DNA of 64,000 nucleotides, from contig OZ218952.1 in the NCBI GenBank assembly GCA_965112735.1, positions 3,348,001 through 3,412,000 on the forward strand, written 5' to 3'. Below the pieces are notes generated by a model, which searched no databases, was not told the origin of the DNA, and worked only from the letters and a program-made list of their open reading frames with translations. Every line of letters begins with the position of its first letter. Position 1 is the first letter of the stretch. Below are positions 1 to 12,121 of this stretch, piece by piece. This stretch comes from Phaeosaccion multiseriatum. Taxonomy: Eukaryota > Protista > Ochrophyta, other classes. The translations under genes and the position numbers were made by a program.

Positions 1-176
1 ACGCCGTGAGCAGAGCAGCAGCAGCCATCATATTAATGATATTGGGCCGGCGGGCGGCGTGTGAGTCACAGGGGAGAAAGTCACAGATGACAGATGGCAC
101 CAGAAGGTTCCTCCCTCCCTTCGTCAATAAAGTTATTCCCTTCCTCACTAGGAGCGGGGTGAGCGAGGGAGGAGGG

Positions 177-1059
177 ATGAAGGATAAGAAGCTACCTCGG
201 AAGCAGCGAACGCTCGGATTCCTGGTAGAGGTGAGGATTATTTATTCATCGATTATAAATCCCTTCTTCCCCTTCCCTTTCCGCCAAGCTGAGTCTCCTG
301 TACTCGACTGCCCACAGAGCATGCGCGGCAACGTTATCGTGGTGGAAATGAAGAACGACGTGGAGGTGACGGGCATGCTTGAAGAGGCGAGCCCGGATAT
401 GAAGTAAGAGGAGAAATTTTTTGTCCCTTCCTCTCCGCCCAACCCTCCTCGCTCCCCCCTATATGTAATCGAAAAGAAGCTACTCTAGCATGGCCACGGC
501 CCCACCACTTCTCCTCTTGCCTGCCTCCCTCCTCCCTTTCCCCCGCTCCATCTCGTGCTCGTCCCAAACACCAAATATCCAAACTGATTGGGCTATGTGT
601 CGCCTTGCTCAGTCTGGTCCTGACCAACGCGCGCCAGGTGACGAGTAAGGGTGTGGCGACCAGTCTGGACGTGGCCTTTCTGCAGGGCCACATGGTTAGA
701 TACGTGCATATCCCCGACCAGATCAACATACGCAAGAACCTCATGACCCACGTAAGTCGTCCCCAAGCAGCAAAGGCAGCCGGGCATACTTAAGTGCGCT
801 CCACCCCATCGTCTGCGTTGCTTCTCTGTGCCTACCGAGGGTCCAAGCACCGTGTGGTGCCTCTAGTTTCTCCCCTCCCCACGCCTTTTACTTCCCACCA
901 ACAGTCTCACTCACTCCACGTATTCACTGACATCACTCGTACCACATTCGCAACCCGGGCTTCTGGCCCCATTCTCTCTCCCCGGCATGAATCGATTAGG
1001 TAAACTCTCTGCAACGCGCGATGGACTCCGGCAAGCGCGCCGTGCGCAAGACTCGCTGA
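177..1059 (+). CDS. LSM10: U7 snRNP-type Sm-like protein LSm10 (4 exons: 177-230, 318-403, 613-751, 1000-1059)
   Basis: Canonical GT-AG splicing keeps frame: MKDKKLPRKQRTLGFLVE-SMRGNVIVVEMKNDVEVTGMLEEASPDMN-LVLTNARQVTSKGVATSLDVAFLQGHMVRYVHIPDQINIRKNLMTH-VNSLQRAMDSGKRAVRKTR*. Sm1/Sm2 motifs are present. The 'VRYVHIPDxxNI' tail is characteristic of LSm10 rather than SmD1. Confidence 0.8.
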
Positions 1060-1358
1060 GAGGAGGAGCGATAAAGCGGAGGTCCTGAGGGTCTTCTTGT
1101 GTGTTGCTCTCAGTGCTCAAAGGAGGCCTTGATAGCAAGGGTGGTGCCAACAGCAAGCCCAGCAGGAGTAAGTGCCTGCAACGCTCACGGCGCACTGTTG
1201 GCTGTTGGGAGGGGTGATTGTCGAGAAACAGGGCCCAAAGAGGGAAGCAGGGCATTGGAGGGAGCCGCCGAAGAGAGCAACTGCGGCAACTCTACTGAGC
1301 ACCCCAGCATGAGCCCCTACCGCTGGGACTCTCAAGGCGTGGAGGAACAGGAAGAGGG

Positions 1359-2088
1359 ATGTCTCGACATCCCCGTCCTGCGGCTGAGAGAAGGAGAGAG
1401 GCGCGAGGGGAGGAGGGAGGACCGCACGAGATGAGATGGAGAGCTCGCTCTCTGTACCGGAGACAACAGTTCAAAGCTTCCCAGCAGAGCGCGGAGGATG
1501 GGAGCGGCAACCGTTCAAAGATTGGCAGGCTCATGCTTATTGGATCAGGGAGAGGACGCGATGCACACCCGAAGCAGACTACTGCGCTTCGAGGACGAGA
1601 AGGGGAGGAAGAGGGAGAGTGGGAGGAGGATAAAGAAAGAGAAGGGGGAGGGGAGGAGGAGGAGGAGGAGGAGGAGGAGGAGGAGGAGGAGGAGGAGGAC
1701 AATGTGCTGTGGCAGTTGTACGTGTATGACTTCCAACCCCCAGCTGTAAGGCCTCTGTATTTGCGCCCCCCCCCCCCTCCCTCTGGGGAACAAGTGGAGG
1801 TCTCATATTTGCCAGAGGTAGGTGCCCGCGCTAGTCCGCCTGCAGCTCGAGCGAGAGGCTTTCGCCCCATTCGCTGCCAACGTCGGCGCGACATTCAAAG
1901 AAGCGACTCAGGCAATTCGCCATGGTGGTGTGGCCTACGAGGAGCCAGCAGCGTCAGAGCCGCCTCGACAACATGGCGACTCGCCTGACTGTAGCCCCAA
2001 GTCATGCGAAAGCGACAGGGGAGTGTGCAAGCTGTGCCGTTTCACACGCAAAAGTAGTCTCATCCGCCGCAGGATTTGGGAGGAGTGA
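1359..2088 (+). other. Possible hypothetical or decayed ORF region (poly-Glu followed by VLWQLYVYDFQPP)
   Basis: Overlapping ORFs 1359-1988 and 1822-2088 have some protein-like segments but no recognisable domain. Part of the ORF length comes from (GAG)n. Confidence 0.2.
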
Positions 2089-3160
2089 GGGGGGGGCGGA
2101 GTGAGTTGACCGGTTGGGAGCGAATGAGAATCGAGAGTGAGAGAGGAGAGGAGAGGGCGAGGAGTGGGCAATTTGCCGTTACGGCGGGAAACGAAACCTC
2201 CAAGAGGACACGAAGGTTCCGGAGCTTCACGCAATCAAGAAAATTCAACAGAAAAAGGAGAGCGGGTGGCATCGCTGGACTGTGAAACGCCGCAAGAGTG
2301 CGAAGGGGGGACTGCTTCTCGCTCAGTAGTGCGGTCCCACACCCTGCAGCAGCGACTTCGTTCAGAACCAGTGCGTTGACATGCCATGTGAGCATGTGTG
2401 TGGACTAAAGTCGTTAATTCATGCATTATACCCTCCTCCCTCCCGAATCCGTAAATAGCAATAAGGCATCTCAGTGCCCACCTATATACCCCCACCATCC
2501 CCGCCCTTATCACCCACACCTCCTGTTCCTTCCTTCCGTGCTTTCCCCCCACACACATTGTACACGCCCCCAAACACCCGCCACAAGTCACCAAGTCACA
2601 TGTCTGTCCACAAGGGCTTGACACATCTCCCCCTCACACTGCTGCTTCTGCTGCTGCTGCGCTGCTGTTTATGCTGGTGCCGCTGCTCGCTCGCTCGTAT
2701 CTGTCCTCTCCTCTTCCTTCATCAGCTCCCTCCCTGGTCCCTTCCTTCATCGGTTCTCCTCCTCTTCCCCTGCTGACCTCAGACACTCCCCCCCATCATC
2801 CACGGCCAAGTAGTCCACCCCGACAACCCCATCACGGTGTTCGCTCCCCGCCTCTAAGCAAAACCACGCTCGCCGTCGCCATACACTCTTCCCATCGCTC
2901 TCATCCTTTCAGTCAGCCCCTTCCAAAACCGCCACTCCAACGGTCACGATAAGGCACCTTTCCAGGGCATAAAGAGTGGTGACGGCCCAGCCCACAGCCC
3001 CCCACAGCTCCTCTCCCCTCCCCTACTCTACCCTCCCTTCCCTTCACTCCCTCTTCGCTCTCTTCCCTTCTCCGCGACGAATGAAGGGCTCAAGAGGGCG
3101 AGGAATGCACAGGAGGGTCGCTGTAGTCAAGGAAGAGTGCATATACTGAGGTGAGCGCGC

Positions 3161-3539
3161 TTACGGCTTTGGCCTGATGAGTGTCCCGCGTGCTTCAGAG
3201 GTCACACGCACGTCCTGGGAGGGAGACGGTCGTGTGGAGGGATGAGGGAGGCAGAATGAGGGGGGCGATAGCAGCGAGGATACACAGACGTCAGAGAGGG
3301 GCGGGGGGGGGGGAGGGAGGGAGCTCGTCCGTTTGAGAAGTAAGCGGGCAGGTGGTGTGGGAAAAGCCAAGCGAGAGTTACCACCCACCCCACACACCCA
3401 CCGAGTTGCAGGTCAGAGTGAAGCCCATGAAGCCCACGCAGAGCACCACGGCCCCGCCGATGATGACGACAATTGGGTAGGTGCCTTTGTCCGAGACCCA
3501 CTGCTTCTTCTCCTTCTCGCTGATGTGCATGTTGAGCAT
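3161..3539 (-). CDS. B12D / NDUFA4 (COXFA4, MLRQ)-family small mitochondrial membrane protein, copy 1 (exons 3539-3402, 3214-3161)
   Basis: Spliced product MLNMHISEKEKKQWVSDKGTYPIVVIIGGAVVLCVGFMGFTLTCNSDVRVTSEARGTLIRPKP* (63 aa). It has the W..D..YP + single TM + 'xDVR' pattern of B12D/NDUFA4. Confidence 0.8.
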
Positions 3540-4184
3540 CTTGGTGCGGGAGCTGTGATGGTCAAGTAAAGGGGGAAAAGAGTTGTGCCACAAAGGAAGA
3601 GGGGAAAGGGTAAGCAGCTTCGCTTTACAGCCCCCCCCCCCCCCCCATACACCCACCCTGCATCACTCCGCCTCCCGTCCCCGTCAACACATGCCACTGT
3701 GCTACCAGTGCAGTCCCTGCCCCGCCCTCCTAAACCCCCCCTCGAGGAGCAAGTACGTTATTTGTATTCGCTGTTTTTTTCTTCCCTACCACGTCGGCCA
3801 CACATGTATCGCTTCCTCCCTCTGACTCCCCTCCACCGATGGATAAGGGGGGCATCCGCTACCAACCTAACCTCCCTCCTTTCTGCTCCTTTTCCCATTC
3901 CCTCTTCTCTTCTCTCCTCTCTTCCCTCTCCTACCTTCCAATCTGACTGTTCCATTGGGGAGCAATGGGCGCCTTCATGCTGCTGCCCCTGCCCGCCAGC
4001 TGTCGGAGAGTGCGTCCTGCCAGTGCGTTCATGATTCTCTCTTTATTAGGAGCAGGCCTTCCCTTGGTATAAGGACGGCGATAATGGCGAACGAGAGCCC
4101 CCCTGGGTAAGACAGCTGTGACTCTGCTGGACTCAGTACAGCTGCAGCAGCAGACGGCGGGCCGGCCTGGGTATTGTATAGGTT

Positions 4185-6685
4185 ATGGCGCGGCGCTGCA
4201 GCGCGCCCGACCAGCGGCTCGCCCTAGACATTGTCGATGAGCACTTTGGACCCATCGTGAAGGTAGGGCGAAGAGTACCGCTTGCGATGTGCCTTTAGTT
4301 CCCCTGTTTTATCGCCCACCCTCCCCTTCCGTACCCTCTCAGCCAAGTGGGGGCTCTTGTCCGCTCCCTTCTTTCACACCCGCCCTCGACTAATTTTTAT
4401 TTCCTCTGCTGGTTCTCTTGACCCTTCCACCACGGCACCTCTCCTTGATGTGCACAGCCAAAGCTCCTTCCATCTTCCCCCCCCGTTCTCCCTCCATTGC
4501 TTGCCTCACCTCTGAGCGTCCCTTTACGAGCAACCCGCTTACCATCGCCTTGCAATACTGTCGCAGAGGGTGGCAGCGGCTCTCATGTCCGTGGATCGGA
4601 GCTCGCTGGCGGAGGTCGTGCAGCGTGTGAAACAGAGCTGCGGTCACAGCGGAGCCATGGGTGAGTTTCAATGTCGACAGCTGTCTGCAGGCAATGCCTA
4701 CTTAATCTGAAGGACGCGAGCTGGGATTGATGGCATCTCGGGACTCCCCTAAGAAAAGAGACTACGATTTAAGGCATGCCCCCTCCTCCTTGTCCCCTCT
4801 CATCCTCCTCCGCCCCCCGTCCTCCTCCTCCTCCCCTCCCCTCCCCAACAGTGTCCCACATGCCTGGGGTGAATGTGTCCCAGCCCATCGGGGCCACAGT
4901 GGTCACCAAGGATGAGATCACCTCCGCCATGCTTGTACTCCTCCAGCATAATTGCCTTCAGGTGCCTTATTTCTAGCCTCACTGTGTCTTCTTCCTTCTT
5001 TCTGAAGTGGCGTAAGACGGTGTGCTTGAGAGCGAAAGGCACTGCAGCATTGAGCTCTCATGGCTCTCCTTCTCACATACCGGATGTATTTGCCATGCTT
5101 GTGTGTGTGTGTGTGCGCGTATGTGTGTGTGTGTGTGTGCGTATGTGTGTGTGTGTGCGTGTGTGTATGCATGTGCCTCTATCATATGGGCAGGTCCTCA
5201 TGCCCACGGATGACGAGCTCACCCAGATGCTGCCAGCACTCAGGCTCAAATACAAAATCCTCATATCTGCCATCATCCAAAGGGGGAGGGCACAGCAGGT
5301 CATACACAGAGCCAGACAGGTCCGTGTCAGCAGGAGGGAGGGTCACAACTTGGTCTGCGAGGGAGGGGAGTGAATCGACCGCGTGCGGGGGGGGGGTTAA
5401 CTGAGGAGCGCTACTCGGCATTGACGTTCAGGCGGGGATAAGTGCAGTGCATGCATGCACACACGCACGCACCACCTACTTACAACACCCCTTCCCCTCC
5501 CCTCACCGGGTTGCCTCCCACTTCCTCCCTCCCTCCCTCCGTCCCCTCTTCCTTCCTTCCTCCCTCCCTCCATCCCTCCCTCCCTCCCTCCCTCCCTGCT
5601 CTCCCTCAGGTGTTTGGTGATGTGGGGGCCACCATCGTGGAGGTGCTGCTCGTGCACGGCAGGCTTAAGCGGGGACAGATCAAGGAGGACGTCACCGCAC
5701 ACATCCTCTCGCAAGAGGTAGGGACCAGACTGGCCTGGCCTGGTCTGGGTGGGGGTGGTGTTGGGGTTGGAGTGGGGTGGGCTCGGTTGTCTCGGGGTGT
5801 GCTGCGCTCTTGCACACACGGACACACGCACGCACAAACGCATACACACACAAGCGCACACCTGTATACACTCATGTACATCTACGCACAGTGAGAGCAG
5901 AGAGAAGGATAAAGAGAGCGCAGATAGAGGACCTAGATGACCCAGGGAGGGAACTGACCCCCCTCGTACGATGGCGAATCGGCCGACTCGATCTCACTCC
6001 TCCTTCATGAACCTCTTCAACCCCGATCCGACTTCTCCTTCATGAATCCTTCTACCCCGACCCCTCACCTCCCACAGGCGGAGGCTCGGCAAGCGTCGTT
6101 GGCGGCGTCTGAGGCGGCGAAGGTGGCCAAAGACGATGCCCATGAAGCAGCTGCGGCGCTAGCAGCAGCAGGAGGACCCGGTGGTGGTGAGTGAGTGCAG
6201 AAAAGAATGAACCAACTGGTCTCTTGCGATTTATGTATACCACACTTGTTTGCTGGCTTGCCTGCCTTCCTCCAGCCTTTGGGCCTGATTCACTCCGATC
6301 CTCTGTGTGTCCTCGGCACGCGTTTGCCCAACACAAAACACACACACAACTACACACACAAACACATAACCCCCCCCCCCCCCCCACACACACACACACA
6401 CCTGCATCAGCGGACGACATGATCAAGAGCGAAGAGGATGATGGATCGGGCGCAGCCGAAGCTGCCGCACTGACTGCAGCGGCAGCGGCTTCCGCGTCCG
6501 TCAGCGCCAGCGCAGACAGCAGAGCCCTGGCGGCAAAAGCGGCGGTGGAGAGGGAGGCGAGCACGCCGGCCATGGTTAGGGAGAGGGGCCTCCACATCAT
6601 GGCCACCTTTGAGAGCATGGTGCAGCGGCGCTACATTGCGAAGGTCAACCCAATCAACCTCTCCAAGCCCGAACCGCCGCCCGGT

Positions 6686-6758
<73 letters not shown>

Positions 6759-9700
6759 TATGTGTGTATGTGTGTGTGTGTGTGTTTATGTGCGTGTGTG
6801 CGTGTGCACGTGTGTGCGACTTTATTCGGGATGAGTGGGCACCCACCCACTTGATTCTGTAACTCACTCCCTCCCTTACTCACTCACTCAGTCCCTCACT
6901 CAATCACTCAGTCGACGTTCTGCCTCTCTTGTTCCGTGGCTCTCTCTCCCTCTGCGACCTCCCATCGCTCGTTGTGTCTGCAGATAGTGGCGGGGGGCCT
7001 AAGAAGGGCATGGACTTCAGTCTCTCCAGGAGCGAAGCAGCAGCGGCAGCAGACAAGGGAAAGGGAAAGGGAAAGGGAAAGGGAGCGGCCAACGAAGGAG
7101 GGGTGGCAGGTCGCTCGGCAGCGGCGGCAGTGGCGGCTGCTCAGTCTTCCAAGGACGCTGCTATTAACTCAGGCTTGAACGGTGCGGCTAGTGGGACAAT
7201 GGCTGCCCCTCCCCCAGCAGAACTGCACGGGGCATTGAGCGTGAGGAAAAGGCGTGTGCCCAAGAGGGAAGCTCTTGAGGAGGAGAGCGAAGGGGGCGAT
7301 TCAGCCCTGCCTGTGGAGATGCAGCTCATGCTTGTGCAAGCGAGGCAGTTAGAAGGGGCGGGGGAGGGGGGCGGAGGAGGGGGAAAGGGCATGGCCAAGG
7401 GGAGCGGCAAGGGCAAGCGAGCACTAGGCGCGATGGTCAAGCCGGAGCTGCTGGAGGATGAGGACGAGGATGGGGACGAGAGCGGCGGTGATGGTGGTGG
7501 CAATCGGATCGGAGGGAGTAAGCGGGGGAGGGGGGGAGGCAGGGCCGGGAAGCCTCCACCGCGGAAGCGTTTAAGGGGTGGCAAGTCAGGGAGCGGCGGT
7601 CGCAGAAGCCAGAGTAGGGGGGAAGGGGGGCTCTTGGATAGCGACGAGGACGAGGACGAGGCACTGTTCGAGGAGGGGGGGGGGCGCGAAGATAGGGAAG
7701 GCGGAGAAGGAGGAAGAGGAGGAGGAGGAGGGGTTGGGAAAGGGAAAGGAAAGGGCAAAGGCAAACATCAGCTCAACCACAACAACCAGCAGCAGCAGGG
7801 CCCCTGTGCGGAGGACGAGATCATTTGGATGGTGGGGCATGACCAGTTCCACAGGGACGCGAGGCACGAAGTGTGCCTGGCGCTGGTAGCGGAGAAGTTC
7901 AGGAACCAGATTGCCACGGCCATCATTCGGGTCATCATCGGCCTCACTGCTGGTAGGTCCATGCGTGCGTGGGTGCGTGCGTGCGTGCTGGGGGGGGTGC
8001 GGGGTGAGGGAGGAGAGATGAGGGCTGAGGGATGCGGGGTGGGGTTGGGGTAGACGTAGACGGGGGGATGAGGGGTGGGTGGGTGGGTGGGTACAAGAGT
8101 TGATGAGAGGCTGAGGACGACAAGGTAGAGGCACTGTTGTATAAGGAGGTGTTTGGTCCCTCCTCTCTTTGAAAGCTCTGTGTTGCGTGCGGCTCCTCAT
8201 GGACGCACACACACGCACATGCGCGAACACACAAACACATACACACACACACACACTCGAACACGCGCGCCTTTCCTTCCGTGCTGTGTCCCCCAGGGGC
8301 GGAGCAGGGCCGCGGGCAGCAGACGTCTCGGCCCGTTCTTGCCAAGGACATTCACAAGGGCATGCTAGAGGAGAGGGAGAGCATATTGCAGCGGCACAAG
8401 AAGAGCAAGAGCGAACCCGTGAGTAGTCAGTGTAGTAGTAGAGCAGCCCTCAGTAGGAGGAGTGAGTAGAGTGGGATGGGGGGGGGGGGGGGTGAGGGTG
8501 GAGTGGGATGGGTGGTGTGGGGGTGGGGTGAGGTCTGGTGGGGGGGAGCTTAGTACCAGGATACCCATCGCAGCAGAGAAGTAATGAATGACTGAAGGAA
8601 GGAAGCAAAGGAAGGTGGGGCTGGCTACTTCCTGCGACCTGCGGGGGTTCTGTCTGCCTCCGCTTCCTTCCCTTCCTCTCCACCGCTCGCACAGCGTCAT
8701 TCGACTTGCTACCACACACCCAACAACTGAGTGAGAACTTTGAACATTTTCTGCCCCAATACACCCTGACTCTCCCTCTTTCTTCCCCTGTCTCTCCCTC
8801 CTCCCTCCAGGGCGCCGCTGGGTGGGAGAAGTACTCATTCGATGTGTTGCAGCAGTGGCTGACCTTCCTCTGCCGAGACGACACCGGTCTGCTCACGCGT
8901 GTCAGTGGCACGGAGACGGCGGGGGAGTTGGCGCAGTTCATGGCGGAGACGCACAGCATGATCGCGTTCGTACAGCGCAAGACGCTGCACTCCATCCTGG
9001 AGGAGAGGTGAGGAGGAAGTTACAGGCATATGGGGGAGGCAGGATGCGGCAGGCAAATTGCATATGCTTCTTCTCTCCTCTTGCGCTGTCTGCACGTCTG
9101 TCTCTCTGTCTCTCTCTTTCTTCCCCCCTCCTCTCTCTCCCCTCTCTCGTCTCCCTTTCTGTCCCTCCCTCGCGATGCCTGCCTGAGCGGAGGGGCACTC
9201 TTTCCCTTCTCTGCCGCTGTCTGTTTGCCCGCCTCTGCCCATGGGCCCACCTCTGCCCACTCACCTCTGCACGTTTGCCCCCCCCTCCCGCGCCCCTCCC
9301 GCGCCCCTCCCTCCTCCTCCTCCTCCTCCTCCTCCTCCTCCTCCTCCTCCTCCTCCTCCTCTTCCTCCTCCTCTCCCTCCTCCTCCTCCCTCTCCTCCTC
9401 CTCCCCCTCCTCCTCCTCCTCCTCCTCCTCCTCCTCCTCCTCCAGGTATGACCCGCACAGTGCGCGCATCTGCCAGGTGCTGCTGGAGAAGAAGTACTTG
9501 GAGCAGCAGCAGATCGGAGACCTGGCCATGATACCGCAGAAGGAGGTAAGGGGGGCGTGGACGGCATGATTGTGAACGTAGCAGTGAGGATGTAGTAGAA
9601 GCGCGTGTGATAGTGCAGAGCGAGGTTAGGAGAGCAAGTGTGTGCAGCAGTCAAGAGAGTAGAGAAGGAGGCGAGGAGAGCATGTTGTATGGGCAGCAGT

Positions 9701-10825
9701 TAGTAGAGTCGAAGAGGCCACGGTACCGAAGTAGGAGAGTATAGGAGGCCATGATTTCTGAGGGAATTTTATGTATATGTATGTATGTATGTAAATGTGG
9801 TAGTTAGGAGAAGGCAACCAACGGTGGGCACACACAAAGAGAATCGACACTGGAGACGAGCTCGCTCCCGTCCCACACACCCCACACACTCGCGCAAACA
9901 CATCCACACACACACGCACACACACGCACTCACACACCCACACGCGCGCGCACGCATACACAGGTGCGCAAGAAGCTGTACCGGCTGTACCGTGACAAGA
10001 TGGTCACCTTCACCGAGGTACCAAAGCGCACCGACCACAACCCCGCCACCACCTTCTACGCCTGGCGTGTAGACAAGCCCCAGGCCAAGCGCAGCGTGCT
10101 CGATCTCATGCATCGGGCACTGCTGAACGTGCGGCTGCGAAGGGCCCATCTGTACTCGACGCAGCGCTCTCTGCTGGAGAACAAGGATCGAGTGGCGGGG
10201 GAGGTGGAGATTGCCAAGTATAATGAGGTCGTGCGCTCCCTTGATCGCCTCGACATTGCGCAGGTGAGTGGGTGGGTGAGTGTAGTAAGTCAATGGGTCG
10301 GTATAGTATGTCAGCAGGTGGGTGTAGTGTGTCAAGGAGTGAATGGGTGGGTGGACGGGTGGACGGGTGGGTGGGCGGGTAGGTTGGGCTAATGTTGGCC
10401 TGGTCTCCTCTTGTCGGGATTATGTGGGGCGTTTTTCTTCCCGTAGCGCAGGCGCCAACGTCTTCCGCTCCACAAAATGAGGAGGGGTTTGGCAGGTGAA
10501 CCGTGGCATGAGCGTGCAGGCGTTTCATGGTATTCGTTTCCCGCTCAAAAACTTGACCCAATCGCAGCGGAGCAAGAAGTGAAGCCCGAACCTCCTCTCC
10601 CCCTCCCTTCCCCTCATCCTCCTCTCCTTCTCTCCCCTCATCCTCCTCTCCCCCTCCCCTCATCCTCCTCTCCCCCTCCCCTCATCCTCCTCTCCTTCCC
10701 CCCTCATCCTCCTCTCCTTCTCCCCTCATCCTCCTCTCCTTCTCCCCTCTCGCTTGGTGCACCCCCCCTCCTCCTTTGCTCAGATACGCCTGGACGAAAG
10801 CCTGCAGCTGTTCCGCGACTTTTGA
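4185..10825 (+). CDS. POLR3C: DNA-directed RNA polymerase III subunit RPC3 (C82/RPC62), ~13 exons
   Basis: Exons give [115 protein letters not shown], and [21 protein letters not shown]. These match RPC3 winged-helix and C-terminal coiled-coil motifs. The start codon is approximate. Confidence 0.9.
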
Positions 10826-10837
10826 CGTGTGGAGAGG

Positions 10838-10926
10838 ACAAGGAGAGGTGTCAGGGCAGGACAACAGAGGTGTCAGGACATGACAACAGAGGTGTCAGGA
10901 GAGGACAAAGAGAGGTGTCAGGACAA
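10838..10926 (+). repeat. ~22-bp minisatellite (GACAACAGAGGTGTCAGGA-like, ~4 copies) just after the RPC3 stop
   Basis: Repeated 'agaggtgtcagg' seen four times. Confidence 0.8.
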
Positions 10927-12121
10927 GCCCTTCTAGTGCGATAGTAGGGTAGGAAGAGTATCGTATTCCCTTGGGAGGCGGTGTGTGGAGGGTTTGGCGA
11001 CCTTAGTTCATCCATAGCGCGGAGGCGAAGAGGAGCAGGAGGAGGAGGAGGAGGAGGAGACGGAGCAGAAGTAGCAGGAGGAGGAGGAGGAGGAAGAGGA
11101 GGATGATGGTTATGATGATGATGAGGAAGGAGCCAGCTACTTCACTTTTTGCTGCCCCCTCAACTCCTGCCTGCGTGAACAACAGCGCACTGTCGAGGCT
11201 GGACTGTGCCTATCTCTGATTCACACTCATTGGCGGTCCCGGCTTATGGCATCCTCGGGGATGAGGTGCCACCCCCACTCCTCTCGTCTCTCCATCGGTT
11301 GGGTCTTTCCTATACATATTGTGTATAACATACATTACACGTTCCTCACAAAATCGTTTTCGCTGTATATACATATGAGCCACCTGTCTCATCCCCGGCC
11401 AAAGTACGCTCGCCCTCAGCCGAAGTGGAAAGCAAGCGAGGGTAATCCGAGTGCATCGTATGTTCACGGGCTTCGTCCTGTCCGCTTGTCACCAAGGTGT
11501 CGCTGTCGCTCCTCGTCCTCTCCTCTGCTGCTCTCTCACTCTCGATGCTATTTCGCTTCGCTATCCTCACGTGTCACAAGGGTGCTCGCCCCCCCCCCTC
11601 TCCTCTCGTCTCCTCGGACACTCTCGATCCTATTGCGCCTCTCCACGGCAGTCACCAGCAGCCGCGCCACTTTACGCCCCCACGCCCTCTGCTCTCACGA
11701 GTAATGGCATCGATGGCGGTGGTGTCTCTCCTTCCCTTTTGCAAGCTACTACTGATCAGCAGGCAAAGCAAAATGCGGACCCGATGCCCTCTTCACCCTC
11801 TTTGTTCTCTCGTCTCTCTGCTGGCCCCTCCGCGCCTTCCTTCTCCCCCTCGTTGTCCTCGTGCCTCGTCCGTTGGACTCATACCTCCCACTCAGGGCCT
11901 GCACTGAACTTTCTTTGTCTACTTCACCTATGTGTCGCTGCCGGCGTTGCTCACCGGGCTGCCTCCGCTACTGCCTCCTTCGCTGCTGCCATGTGTTGCT
12001 CCACTCTCCCATCGGCCGCAGATGGCACAGTCCCGCCTATCGCAGCGAAGGAAGTAGTCCATAGCCGCCCTCCACATCCGCGACAACACAACCACAAGGG
12101 CAAGAAGCAAGCCAGGCCATG

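Noticed and set aside
4084-4181. Extra upstream coding exon for RPC3 (ATG 4084, donor 4107, acceptor 4181)
   Set aside because: The joined frame hits a stop. At most a 5'-UTR intron or uORF.
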